Shown here in pieces: positions 13,481-26,250 of a stretch of 64,000 nucleotides of DNA. The DNA comes from Octopus vulgaris (taxonomy: Eukaryota). Where the stretch lies: the NCBI GenBank assembly GCA_951406725.2, contig OX597822.1:70370001-70434000 (forward strand), written 5' to 3'. How positions within the stretch are numbered: the stretch's first letter is position 1; each line of letters begins with the position of its first letter. The position numbers and the translations under genes were made by a program. The notes under the pieces are model-generated. The model worked only from the letters and a program-made list of their open reading frames with translations, had not been told where the DNA came from and did not search any database.

Positions 13481-14299
13481 GCTCTTTCCTCTGAAGCTGT
13501 ATGTTTGTAAACTGACTACTTGCTTGCATATTCTTACTCTGCTACGGTGTGGTGTTGTTGGTGAGGCACAGTCAGAATGTAAAAATGTTTTGTATTAATT
13601 CATTTTTTTCCTTACTGTGAAGTGGTATTCTGAATAAAAAGAAGATTGGGATTGTTTTTTTTTTTTGTCTTGACCAAAATCTGCTAGAAGATCTGAATTT
13701 GGTATCCATTTCTAAGTATGTTCCATATTACATTATACACAAATCCAGCCCATTTTTCCTGGCTATCTCTCAGCTACACATGTTTTCTTTAGATTCCTTG
13801 GATGGTTTTTATGAGAAAAGGTTGCTAGCTCCTTGCTCAGACTCTCTCTGCCTTCCACTCAGGCTTTGGACTAGCTGGCATCCTCATCTGAATGACAATA
13901 ACTAGGTAGAAACTGGCTGATTCTGAGAGAGGTTGTATGTGGGAGAAGAATCAACTCCAATACTTGACTGGTACTTTTATTGTATCAACACAGAAAGAAA
14001 CTGGTCTGAATTGAACTCAAAATGAAAAGAACCCGAACACATAATTATTGACAATTATACTCTTAGAATTTTTATCAATTGACAACATTTCTGAACTCAT
14101 TATCATATTAATTTTGCAACGTGCCTGCTTCTTCTTCCAGCAATGCGTCAGTCTACCATGTGATATTTGTTCACAACTTTACAGTTAAGTGGAAGCTGTG
14201 TAACATCACAGATAAGATAGGAATGACTGTTTCCCATCTCCCAGCTGGTTGTCTTATAGCCTATTGATCCCACCTTATATTATCATAGGGCTACGAGGT

Positions 14300-14460
14300 T
14301 GGATATATTTGATTGAATCAACATAAGTATATAGGTAGAATTTATTTTGTTGACATTAGGCAGATGAAAGACAACCTCAACCCCCGTGGGATTTGAACAC
14401 AGAACAAAGAGATTCATAGTTAAATATGTTGAGGCATTTAACCCAGTGCTGTACTGTTTG
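14300..14460 (-). mobile_element. Decayed family-B-like SINE
   Basis: tttattttgttgac...gatgaaagacaacctcaacc...gggatttgaacacagaac. Confidence 0.5.
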
Positions 14461-14585
14461 TATCACTCCAATAACAGTTGTTTAATTTGTTATTCCTTTT
14501 ATAAAAAAAACAAACATCTGATCCTTTTTATAGAAAGATGCTAGTTTTGAAGAAGGACTCAAAAACAACTATCTGTTGTTCATGC

Positions 14586-14633
<48 letters not shown>

Positions 14634-17312
14634 CTTTGAACCTCACTGGGGGACTAAATATATAAAACAGAGAAACAATAATGTCATTATAATGAGCTGC
14701 TGGGCTGTAGAGCATGGTTTTAAATCTGTCTTAATGAACACTTAGCCAAAACACTTTAGTTTATCTTTTTCTGTTAAAAAAGCAGGGACAAACATAAATC
14801 TATCACTGAAATGCATATATGTAGATATCATTCAAATCTGTAAATTTACAGAAATATGTGACCCAGTAATTTCAGAGACTGTCACAAGATTGCTTAATTT
14901 GCAACACAACCAGCCTATTATGTATTTAGGAACTTGGATTATTAATGAAGTGATAAATTTTTATATGTTCGCAAAGACAATTAGCCAGCATTAGTGTAGA
15001 TTGGCAATTCTTAGCCTTTTTATTTTTGTATGTTCCCCACCCCGCACCCCAGTAGTTATGTCTAGTGCTCACCTAAGTAGCGAGTGAGGTATCATGACTA
15101 AACTAACTTAACATTGGATGATGATTTATAAATTTTACTCATAAAGTGAATCGTATAAGCTTTTAACAGTGAAATGATAAAAATCTGATTAAGACAAAAG
15201 TTGCAAATTTACTTAATACATGGTAAGCTAATGACTTCCCTGTACCTGATGAGATCTCATTTTATTTCAATAACCATTACTAGTTTTATCATGTACAATA
15301 TAAAATTTAGTATGTTAATTATGTTATCTCACCACCACCACCTCACTTCTCCCTAAAGTCTAATGCCCCCTTCGACATGCCCAGCAGCTCCTTAGGGGCA
15401 GTACCATCCACATTGAGAACCTCTGGCGTAGGTCAAGATATATGACCTTGTAAAACATACGGAGAAAAAAAGAGAGGACAAAGAATGTAGTTGATACCAG
15501 GAAAATTGATTGTGAAAATAGTTTATTGAAGAGAAGAGTTTGTGAGAGGAATGAAGATGGTATGGTCATGTGATCGGAGTGTAACTGTGAACTTAAGTGG
15601 TTAGGGGTCCGTGAATTAGGACAAAGGCAGTGAATGAAAAGGACAGAGAGGTGTATCTGATTAACCAATAATAAATGTGTATCAGCTACTAAAATACATC
15701 TATTCTTGCCCCCTTAACTAGCAGCATGGAAATTAAGTCATGCTATATGGGTTTTCAAATTATGTTAATATATTTTATATTAATTTTTATTTGTTAATCT
15801 TATTTATTTGCTGTTGTTCATCATGTTAGTGTTCGTGGTGGTGGTGGTAGTAGATCTCAGCAGCTGCTTCTGGTGACTGAAAATGTGTAATAATTGGGGT
15901 TTGAATAATTAAACTTTCTTAATTACTCACGAGCGGAGCTAGTGGTGACAGAAATTGCATTTCCACTCTACCTTACCCTTTTGTCTTCTTAGCCCTTGGT
16001 CATTGACACAAACGTGACACCTATTATAACATGCCCCAAAAGATAATTGATTATGCAACACCCTTGTCTGTCACTGTTGAGTGTCACGAGAAATTTCAGC
16101 TCTTATTTTGTTATCCTCACGTAACATGAAAGAAAAATCTGATATCATTTCCAAACCTTTTCTTTAGATTTCAACATCAGGCAGCACCAGACTTTCTCCT
16201 CGATAAGATTCGGTGTAAATTGGTGGCTTCTACATGATAGGCAGATGCATAGATAGCAGTAATAAAGTTAAAGAAAGCTTATCTCTAATCTGCAACCTGT
16301 ATTATTTATGATTTAGAGAGTGAAGTACAGAGAAGTGGTAATGGAGTTGAGTTTGAAATGTCTGTGTGTGAAGGATATCTATGAATATTGGAAACTTGAA
16401 GCTGTGTTAGAAAGATATTCCCATGGGAAGATGATGCTGAAAATTATTATATAATTATTAATTATTCTACTTAAAATTATTATAATTATTATTAATTCTA
16501 ATTACAATAATTACAATTCTTTTAATTCTATTTACGATGTAATTATTTTTATTCTGCTTAGAATTATTAATAATCATGTTTCATAGGAATAGTTAAAATT
16601 ATTAAAAATCATAATATGATAGTGTTGGCTCTTGCATTCTTGCTAAGCAACAGCACAGACATATAAATGGCTCAATTAGGTTTTTTTTGTTTTTTTTTGT
16701 AATTATCTTGGGCTGGTTGAGGGTCAGTGAGAAATATATTTATTTTATTGAAGTGAAGATATAGCTGAAGTTAAAAAACAAAAATCCCCTTCCCCCCACA
16801 CACATGAAATGGTTGATTGTTTAAAAAGACAGTTAAATAGATTTTCCCCCCAGTTTTTATTTATTTATTTATTTTACTATTATGTTTTTTTTCAATTTTT
16901 AGAACCACAAATGAATGTATTTCTTAATTTGTTTTTTAATCCGGAAACGTAATAATTGTTATGTTTAAATGGAAAAACCAGCGAAAAATAAGACAAAATT
17001 ATTTCCATCTCTGCAGATAGTCTTGGTAACTGTGAAACCTATTAATAATTGAAGAGTTTTGGACAGTTTCCATCAGAAAGCTAATATTATGGTACAAAAC
17101 ACAAAAATGAACATTAATTTTCCTCTGATTGAGTAGTTAAATTGCTGGACTATACATTTAAGCATCTAGTTTGAATGCTGCAGCTAGCATTGTTCTGTCA
17201 GTTACTGAGTTAGGCAAAGGACCTCTCCCAGAATAACCACACTATGCTTCATGGCTATGGGTTTGGCATGAACGAAGGTTGTGGCTTTTATATCTTATTA
17301 AAGTATAGTTAG

Positions 17313-17703
17313 TCATGGCCAATGCCAGTGCTGTCTGACTGGCAGCTGTGCCTGTGGCACATAAAAAGCACCGTTTGAGCATTGGCCCACATGTAGGCAG
17401 TGACAAGTGACTAAGACCATTGGTGATATACCATGCTTGTGTAGACCTGTCAAGCCAAGTGAGACCATAGTCGTGACCGATGCCAGTGTCAGGTCAACAG
17501 TACCCATCCTGGTGGTATGTAAAAAATGCCTACTACACTCTCGGAGTGGTTGACATTAGGAAGGGCATCCAGCCATAGAAACCTTGCCAAATCAGACTGG
17601 AACCTGGTGCAGCCTCCCAGTTTACAAGTTTTCAGTGAAACTTTCCGACTCATGCCAGGATGGAAAACAGATGTTAAATGATGATGATGATGATGATGAT
17701 GAT
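17313..17703 (+). mobile_element. Non-LTR retroelement/SINE (family C) with (GAT)n tail
   Basis: Internal duplication of gccaatgccagtg..ggcacataaaaagcacc; RTE-type motif gtggttgacattaggaagggcatccagccatagaaac; ends catgccaggatggaaaacagatgttaaa(tga)n. Partial minus copies at 32420-32575 and 37080-37145. Confidence 0.7.
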
Positions 17704-17969
17704 TAGCCCCATTCTCTTCTAGATGACTTCAGCAAGACTGAAGCTAAGTTGTACAGTGTTGCTACTGGTTAGAACAGTAAATTGTGCTATGGTCACTACT
17801 TTTGGCTAGGTGGATTGAACTAAATGTGTACAAGGGTTCAGTATAGTGCCAGAGATATGATTTGAACTCACAGCCTCTTGGTTTGATATCTGGCATTCTA
17901 CATGTTGTCTTTTCCTTAGCTTAAGAAGAAAATTTCTTAAGATCCACTGATCCACCTTCACATCCACTG

Positions 17970-18156
17970 CTTGATCTTTGCTAGCATCAGTAGCAAGACA
18001 CAAGCCAATCTGGTTGTGTGATGTACTAGAAATAGCTACCAAATTCCCTCGTATTGCATCTGAAAATCTTAAAATATAGTCATGGTTGGAATGTCTTTGA
18101 TCATAGGTCTGTTTGATCAAGGTTATCATGTAACTAAACAACAACAACAACCAACA
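17970..18156 (+). mobile_element. SINE-like repeat with (CAA)n tail (family D)
   Basis: ctagaaatagctaccaaatt...atggttggaatgtctttgatcatagg...ctaaacaacaac; related pieces at ~7810-8030 and ~46330-46460. Confidence 0.45.
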
Positions 18157-19799
18157 GTTATCTTTAATTCCAAACATTTCCCTTTAACCAAGAGTCTTGC
18201 ATTACAAAAACACCAAGTAAAAATGTATATAGGTGTCCTTCTCAAAGTCAGTTGCTGATATATATATATTTTTCTTTTTTTGCTACCATTTGTCAGTTAT
18301 TGAAAGGGGGTGATTGCTCTTTTCTAATAATTGCATAGCAGCAAGGTGATTTCACTTCTTTGATCAATACAGTGGTACATCGTTAGTTGGTTATTAGCTT
18401 TTATCTTTCCTCTGTTTCTAACAGCAACTAGTTGTGTTGTGGTATTTCTTGAAATTTCCTTAAGATGTAAGTTAAAGAGGAAATACATACAAACATGTAC
18501 ATATATATATGTATGTGTGTATGTATATATATACACATATATATATACATATATATACACATACACATACATATATATATATATATATGCATATATATAC
18601 ACATATATATATACATATATATACACATACACATACATATATATATATATATATGCATATATATACATATCCATACGTACACATACATATATAGATAATT
18701 ATGTTGCTATTACGATCTTCAGCAAAATTACCCATACTTATGAGAATCACTTGATATTAAATAATCTCTGGTTCCAGTTCACAAAAGTTCTTTCTTTGTG
18801 GAACAAAATAGATGCCTTGAATCTTTTCCTCGCTGCAAACATTCATTTCGAATCCAACCTCTTCTTCTCCCCCCCCTCTCTCTCTTATTCCCCTGCTTGC
18901 TCTCCTTTCTCTTCCATTCTTGCTTGCCTCTCTTCATTTCATTTTTGATCCTTTTCTCTCTCTCTCTCTAAGTCTTGTTAAATTTTAATGTTGTGGCATT
19001 GTGCAAGTTTTTATTGTTTCTCCATTCTTCTTTAGTTTCATTACTGACATGCATTTGTATTTTCATCACCCCCCCCTTTTTTATGTAATCTTATTTTCAT
19101 ATTGTCTTTGTATGTATTTGTGTTTTATTTTATTCACTTATTTTCTTTCGATTTCTAACAGTTATTCTTGTTTATACTTTCATGCTTTCATCTCTATTTC
19201 TCAAACTTTTTTTTCCAGTCTTTTATTTCTGTCATTTATTTATTTCTTTACCAAAGCATTCCTTGATGATCTTTGTTCATTTTGTTTTTCTCCGTTATTC
19301 CCCCACTATTGTCATGGTCTCTCATTACACTTAAGATCTCTTCTGTGGACAACACAATTGATCAAATGTACCAAATTTGTACAAATTACATTGTATGAAG
19401 GACGATGTTTTGTTTGATGTATGACCTTCAGTTGTACTTCTGGTATCATATTTGCGGAGAATTTTAATCAAATTCTTTGATTTTATTTCATATGTGGCTA
19501 ACCACCAAATTACCTGAAGGTCACTTAACAATTTTATATTTATTATCATTTTTTTTATATGGAGGAATGGAGAAAGAATTGGTATATATTATATATCAAG
19601 CAAATTTCTGTTAATATCTCTAAGTTTAGTAACTGTAGCTTAGCTGTGGGAATGGACCCATGCTCTCTCTATAATTTTTTTTTTCCAGATTTTTGTCAGA
19701 AAAATGAAACATTAAATGTGGCTTAATGCTAATATAACCCACACACCCCTATTTAATAATTATTAATACTAAGAAGAAATTGTCATCATCATCATCCTT

Positions 19800-19831
<32 letters not shown>

Positions 19832-19836
19832 GATGT

Positions 19837-20031
19837 AAGGTGGTGAGTTGGCAGAATTGTTAGCATGCCAGGCAAACTGCTAAGCAGCATTTTGTCTGTC
19901 CTTACATTCTGAGTTCAAATTCCACTGAGGTCGGGGTTGATAAAATAAGCACCAGCTTAGCACTGGGGCCCATGTAATCCACTTAGCCTCTCCCCTTAAA
20001 TTGCTGCCCTTGTGCCAAAATTTGAAACCAA
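19837..20031 (+). mobile_element. tRNA-derived SINE family B (internally deleted)
   Basis: aaggtggtgagttggcagaattgttagc...ttctgagttcaaattcc (B box)...gataaaataagcaccag. Confidence 0.85.
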
Positions 20032-20279
20032 TATTATTATTAATATTGAGTGACGGAGCAGCACATGCCATCAAAGTGCCATCAAAGTTAAGACCATAAG
20101 CCATGAGATTCACTGCATGGTATTGCATCAAGGCATTTATTATTATTATTATTGAGTGAGAGAGCAGTGCATGCCATCAAAGTGACACTGGGGTAAAATA
20201 TACGAAGCCCAGTATACCCATCATGACTACCTGTCTGATAAGGGTACACTAGGCACATTATTATTATTATTATTATTAT

Positions 20280-20598
20280 ATGTTTGACTTTGTATTTGTA
20301 TAAGTTCACTCCAAGTCTCACCCAAAGACCTCAAGAGGCAGCAAGTTAGAAGTTCAAGTTGGTGTTATGCCTAGGGTGTCATGTATTTGGTTTTTGCACA
20401 TTGTATTGTTCTGGAGAATGTTTAAGAAAACATAAGAAAATCAGAAGTTTGTTTTAAAATTTTTGATTACATAGACAGTATTTTATGTAGGATATGGCAG
20501 ATCCCATGAGCACTATCTTTTGAATTTCTGCCATTTTTGGATTTCCTGGTATCTGAGCTAGGTAGCAGTCAGCCCCTTCTGCTATCATTCCTAAGGCA
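20280..20598 (-). mobile_element. 5'-truncated R4/Dong-clade (RLE) non-LTR retrotransposon 3' end
   Basis: Minus strand 20597-20467 reads ALGMIAEGADCYLAQIPGNPKMAEIQKIVLMGSA[frameshift]ILHKILSM*, like the GALG...IQK.VLLGTA.ILRK.L C-terminus of R4/Dong; the 3' UTR abuts (TAA)n. Confidence 0.8.
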
Positions 20599-21288
20599 TC
20601 ATCATCATCATCATCATCATCATCATAATAATAATTGTTGTTATTATTGTTGTTGTTATTATTATTATTATCGTTATTATTATTATTATTATTATTATTA
20701 TCGTTATTATTATTATTGACAACAACAGCAATAATATTTCTAATGTTCTAATCTGTTTATCTTAGTTTTAACAGATGAACATTATTCACCTTGATCACCT
20801 TCTAATTTGCATATTGAATTTTTTTTTCTTTCTTTCTTTTTTGCCTGTTTGGAGTGTCCCCTTTTCTAGTTTGGGACAATTCCTTAGTTTTCCAGTTTGG
20901 AAGGATTCTTTAGTTTCATACACTTCATGCTATTTTAAGGGAATTTATCTCATCTACAATTAGAGCTGTCAGTAGATTTTTGCAAATTAGGAGGTTGATT
21001 TGTAGAAAGTATCTTCTTTTTACTGTCCAGCATTAGGCCCACTTCACTATATCGATAAGTGTCTTGGCTAGTGGCATTAGAGTCAGAACTAATGACCAGA
21101 GCAGTTAGCTTTAGTGACTATTATCAACATACTTAGAAGCTGTGAATTGACTTTAATTGATACAATATCTGATGTGGATCTCATGAACGCAGGTTTAATG
21201 TCAGTTTGTTGATAATTCTTAGACTGAATGCTAAGTGCGAATTGGTGTTAAGTGATGGCAAATAGTTCAGCAGTTTGGCTTGATTCAA

Positions 21289-21338
<50 letters not shown>

Positions 21339-21599
21339 ATCAAAAGTTGAGAACGAACTTTAACACATCTACATTATATAGTAACCAGCACTTCAGATTG
21401 GTGGTTGGTAGGTGTGGGGGTGTGCCGTTGAAGTAGATGACTTCACTTCAATTGATTAATATGTCGATTTGTGTGTGTGTATATGTGTGTGTGTATATAC
21501 GGGTGCAGCTAAAATAAGAGGAGAGTATAGTGATAGATTGCTTTGATAGAATTAAAGGAAGAAAAGAATGTTTGATACTGTGTACTCAATATGTTTGGC

Positions 21600-22200
21600 G
21601 AACAATATGCCAATAGCAGGTCAAAGGAGTGTCTCGAGTAAATGATCATCACAAGTTAAATTAGTAAATTCTATTTGCAGTGTTTGATTTATTGTAATCA
21701 GAAGTGTAAAGAACTAGATGTTCTTTTGGAGTATATATAATGTCAGAATCCATTCTGTGCCATGTTTGTGCACGAAAGTAGCTTTTTGACTACATTTGTT
21801 GGGAGTATTATCTAGCGTTGCTGTCAGATGTGCAATGAGACAGGCTACGAAGATGATTAATGGGCTGTGTGACCTGGAAAAGTAAGGGTTTGGACAGGTT
21901 AAAGAGATCTAATAGGAAGGTGCGAAAATTTGTCTGCGGCAGCCATTTGAACTAATGGTCGGATGACAGAAATATGAAAACAACTTGCATAGCTTGTTGT
22001 CAGTGATAGCACAATAGCAAGAGAAGGCACATGTCAGTTGTAGTGGGACTAGACTCGGAGGAGATGAATGTAAGAAGACAATTTGAAGAAAAAGTGTTAA
22101 CAGGCCTTCTTACATTACTTGATGTCGACATGGTGGAAAATCTATTGCTAGTGACAAACGTTATACATCACTGTTTAGTCAGTTTTAAACATTAATCTTT
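21600..22200 (+). mobile_element. Decayed CR1-like LINE 3' remnant
   Basis: 21830-21876 reads VQ/RQATKMINGLCDL, like CR1 VQRRATKMI.GL..L; gtcagaatccattctg upstream resembles VRPILE. Boundaries approximate. Confidence 0.55.
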
Positions 22201-23787
22201 TCTTGAAATTCTGTTGTCATCCAGCATTCGATTGTTGCAACTGTTCCATTATTTGTATGACAATCCATAGAAATTATGATTAAAAAAAAAAAAAAGCAAC
22301 AGCAACAACCGAACTATAAAAAAAAATGAAACATGAAAGCCTTTCTCTCATATAAAAAATGAGTTCTTTTGAATGGTCTCTAGAAGCAATCATCTCAAAT
22401 TATTTGATCTGTATGATATGTGATGGAATGAATAAAAGTAGTTTTATTATTTGTTTACATTATATGAATGTTATAACCTGTAAAAAAATCTATCTTGTTG
22501 CTATCAGTATGATTTCTTTTAATATCGGAAACTTAAACTACAGCAAAACAGCAACAGCAGTAGCAGCAACCAACCAGTGACATAAATTAATCTTTCTTAT
22601 AACTGATTGCTTAATTTGTCCACTCTATATTAATCCTATGAAGGAAGACATGTTTCGAAACTTTGCCGTTATTTTGTTCTTGGAATAGCTATTGCTGAGT
22701 TGCATTGTTGGTGTGTCCCTAAATCGAGATAACCTGCAGTGATGTTCAGTGGTGCCAGTTCTGTCAAAGTTAATATTTATTATGGTAGTTCTTCTTCACC
22801 GATCCCCAGCGTACTGGCCAAGCCATTGAATTTTGATCTTCAATTTAGCAGAAATCCTCTTTTTTGACAGGTGAAGAATACATACGAGATTCTCACCACA
22901 ACATGCTGCAGGCATTGTTTGATTTAATTCCCTCCAGATTAAAAGTATTTCACCAAACATTTGAAAAACAGAAAAATCTTTTTATTTGAAATATTAAATG
23001 CATAATGTGTTCATAGAGGATGTTCATAGAGTAATAACGCTTACAACGAAACATGTTAAAGAACAAATTTAACACATAGATTGAAGGAATAAAAAGTGTA
23101 ACTTCAACAAAAGTGTTTATAACAGAGATATTCCATCAGCTTTATGATCGTTGGTTCTCTTGAAACTCACAAATGAATAAATAAGAAACGAGGAAGAAGT
23201 GCAAAAAAAAAAAAAAAAGAAGAAACACTGCAAGAAATATTTTAAAAATAAACACATCTAGGATGAATAATTGCTTAAATTTATTTTGCTATTTTCTTCT
23301 TCTCCTAGCCCTGCTGTTTCTTTTCTTTTCTTTTCTTTTTATATTTTGTGAATATCTAGGAATTATTAATCATTGCATGAGTGAACAGAAATTGTGGCAC
23401 TATAGAGAATAAACACAGAAAGTATCCAGCACAGAATCTCCATTGAATATTCATTATTATTTGTCAACATAAATATTTTAGTTGGGAATTTTCTGGGCTG
23501 CTGTCAACTTTATTATCACCAAATCTTAGATAAGTGTGAAAATAGGAGAAAGACATGTTTGGTAATGTTCCAACAGTTTTACTGTTGCAGAAAAATCCTT
23601 TGGGAATTATAGGTATGTTGCTTAAAACTTATGGAAGCCTTTCAGAAATATTTCTTCTTATTTCCTATTCTCTGATTCCAGTGTAAGGTTGCAGACTTTA
23701 TGTCTCTGAAACTGAGCGAAGATGTTGATGTGTGATGTATGCGTGAATGCCACTATGGAGATGCTCATTTGTGTAACACAATAAAAC

Positions 23788-23830
<43 letters not shown>

Positions 23831-24947
23831 ACACTATATAAAACTTCTGTGTGCCTGTGTGTGACATAGAATAGAAATATTGACTCTGCATGTAGAAATA
23901 TAGACTCTGTATGTATGTGTTTGTGCACGTGTGTGTTAGACACAGACTGGAAATATTGACTCTTGACTGTGTGTGTGTGTGTGTGTGTACAAAGATGTAA
24001 GGAGTTGTCCAGTTTGTCCAGTGTGTGTGTGTGTGTGTGTCAGTGAAAAGAAATATTCGATCGTAGATATTTAACTCAGATGTTGAACTTTAATGATTTC
24101 CTTTCTTGAAATGTTGACGTATATTTACTGCATGATCTAATTCGAATTCCACCCCATCCTGCCCCCACGCCAACCCACCCTGCTCCACCCCTGTTTTCTT
24201 TGGCACAGTGCAGACTATACATATTGTCTCAATAGATATTTTTAGTTGACATTGGCTGAGTGGTAGAAATAATATTTGTCTATCACACAGCTACATCTTT
24301 GTCACGTGTCAGTGTTGGTAAACTTCCTGCATATTTGCCTCTAGAAACAGAAACTGGTATTTACTATGTAACAAAAGAGAAAAATAAAACTTTCTGTAGC
24401 TACCAATGAAAGATAATTTTGCATTAACTGAGAACTGCCTAAACTGCAACCTCTTCTTGTGTGGCATCACGAAAGACAGCTGTCATCCAAAACTAGCTGT
24501 TTGAGAGCAAGTTTGTAGTCTGTGAACAGCATTGTCTGAGATGTCTGTACAAGATGACAATTACCTAGAGATATCTTCTGACCAGTTTTTAGCCTATCTC
24601 TTTATGCAGACTGTGATTGCACGTGACATCAGCAATCTCTGTTTCCTTAATATGTTATATTTTGCTATACCTGTCATTTGTATAAACTTATAAAGATAAC
24701 ATCTCCACGATTGCTTTCGAAGTATCATTACTTTATCTTTCATGTAATGTATAGTGAATTAATTCAAATATGTTGTCTATACATCCATCCATAACTTCTT
24801 TACCTCAGCAGCTCAGTGAAGTTGTAGTGGAGGATACATTGTGAAATAATTATATGTAATGTGTGAGGCAGGGCAACCTGAGCAGGTGACGAGCAGTAAA
24901 GGTGGACAGAGTAAGAGGTTAGGCAGTATGTGTGTGGGGAATATTTA

Positions 24948-25340
24948 TCTTTTACTTGGTTCAGTCATTAGACTGTGGCCATACTGGAGCACCACCCTTG
25001 GAAAGATTTTAGTTGAATGAATTGACCCCGGTACTTATTATTGTAGCCTGGTACTTATTTTATCAGTTCCTTTTGTTGAATTGCTAAGTTACAGAGATGT
25101 AAACAAACCAACACTAGTCGTCAAGTGGTTGTGGGGTTCAAACACAGACACAAAGATACACAGATGACACACAAGTATGTATGAAAATATATACGATGGG
25201 CTTCTTTCAGTTTCCATTTACCAATTTCACTCACAAGGCCTGAGGCCGTTGTAGAAGACACTTGCACAAGGTGCCATGCAGTGGAACTGAACCCAGAAGC
25301 ATGTAGTTGGGAAGCAAATTTCTTACCACAGAGCCATACT
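24948..25340 (-). mobile_element. tRNA-derived SINE family A
   Basis: Reverse complement of the family A head and tail. Confidence 0.9.
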
Positions 25341-25973
25341 GATCTTGAGGTTATTGATGGCCAAAAGTTAAGCAAGAGAATTGTATGAATGAGAACTGAA
25401 AACCTGTTGACTTTGTACTGGAACAAGACTAAATATAACTTATTTTTAACACTGTACCAACCCTGATTGAGCAATCCTTTAGTTAGAGGCTTTCCAACCA
25501 TGACAATCCCATCTTTTTGTATAACTGAGGCTACATTGTCTGATGTGTTCTTCCTCTTTTGAGACAATAGGGTATCATTTGAAGGAAATTTGGTATAGGC
25601 AATCCCCTGATTTTTTTTTTGAAGTATAACCATGAATGATGTCAGCAATAAGAATGAAAGCAACTCTTTATTTATTGTATATATATGACATCTCAAAAGT
25701 TTTCTTGCTAAAAAAACAACCAGTTGATGAATTTTGATCCTATTAAAGAGATGATAACTGCACTTTCCCTCTCAAATGGAACATGGTAATAAGTATCAGT
25801 AAACTGATGTGGTACTCTCTGCTTAAGTAGACTTTGCAGACAAGTTGGGACATATATATATTTATGCATCAGTCTAACTTATTTCGTTGTACTCCTTTAT
25901 CAAGTTTGACCAACACATAATAAATGACTGAATCTAAAAGAGCTTTAGCATCAGATGAAAATTTTGTGTGTGT

Positions 25974-26004
<31 letters not shown>

Positions 26005-26030
26005 TGAGGTTGGTGGGGGTACATGAACGG

Positions 26031-26250
26031 AGATCAAAATATAATGCTTTTCTGCTGTCTATTCTAGTTCTGTGAGGTGAGAGTTTTATTTGGCTGATCA
26101 TGTATGTATTTAATTTCTTACAGTTTACCTTATAAACAACCTATTGTTAGGGCAGACCACTGATCCAAGATTTGTCTCTTGTTCATCAGCCTCTTACCTA
26201 TTTATTGATCATGCTTTTTTTTTTTTCATTAATTTCACCTGTTGAACTTG
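26031..26250. repeat. Copy 1 of a diverged ~220-bp segment duplicated at 28733-28960
   Basis: atcaaaa.ataatg.ttttctgctgtct, atttaatttctta.agtt, aacctattgtt.gggca, gaccact and ttcacctg are shared in order; both copies follow (GA)n. Confidence 0.8.

Noticed and set aside
15246-15270. CTGATGA core (also at ~27885, ~55168 and ~26183 on the minus strand)
   Set aside because: No stem II followed by GAAA.
22631-22676. Hammerhead-like cctatgaaggaagacatgtttcgaaactttgccgtt
   Set aside because: Core lacks G5 (CTATGA) and stems I and III are only 2-3 bp; compatible with chance.
22742-22870. Short frame MFSGASSVKVNIYYGSSSSPIPSVLAKPLNF and a nearby acceptor ttttttgacag
   Set aside because: No matching donor and no recognisable homology; could be TE debris.
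25121-25696. 191-aa minus-strand ORF
   Set aside because: The C-terminal part is a family A SINE and the rest has no protein-like features.
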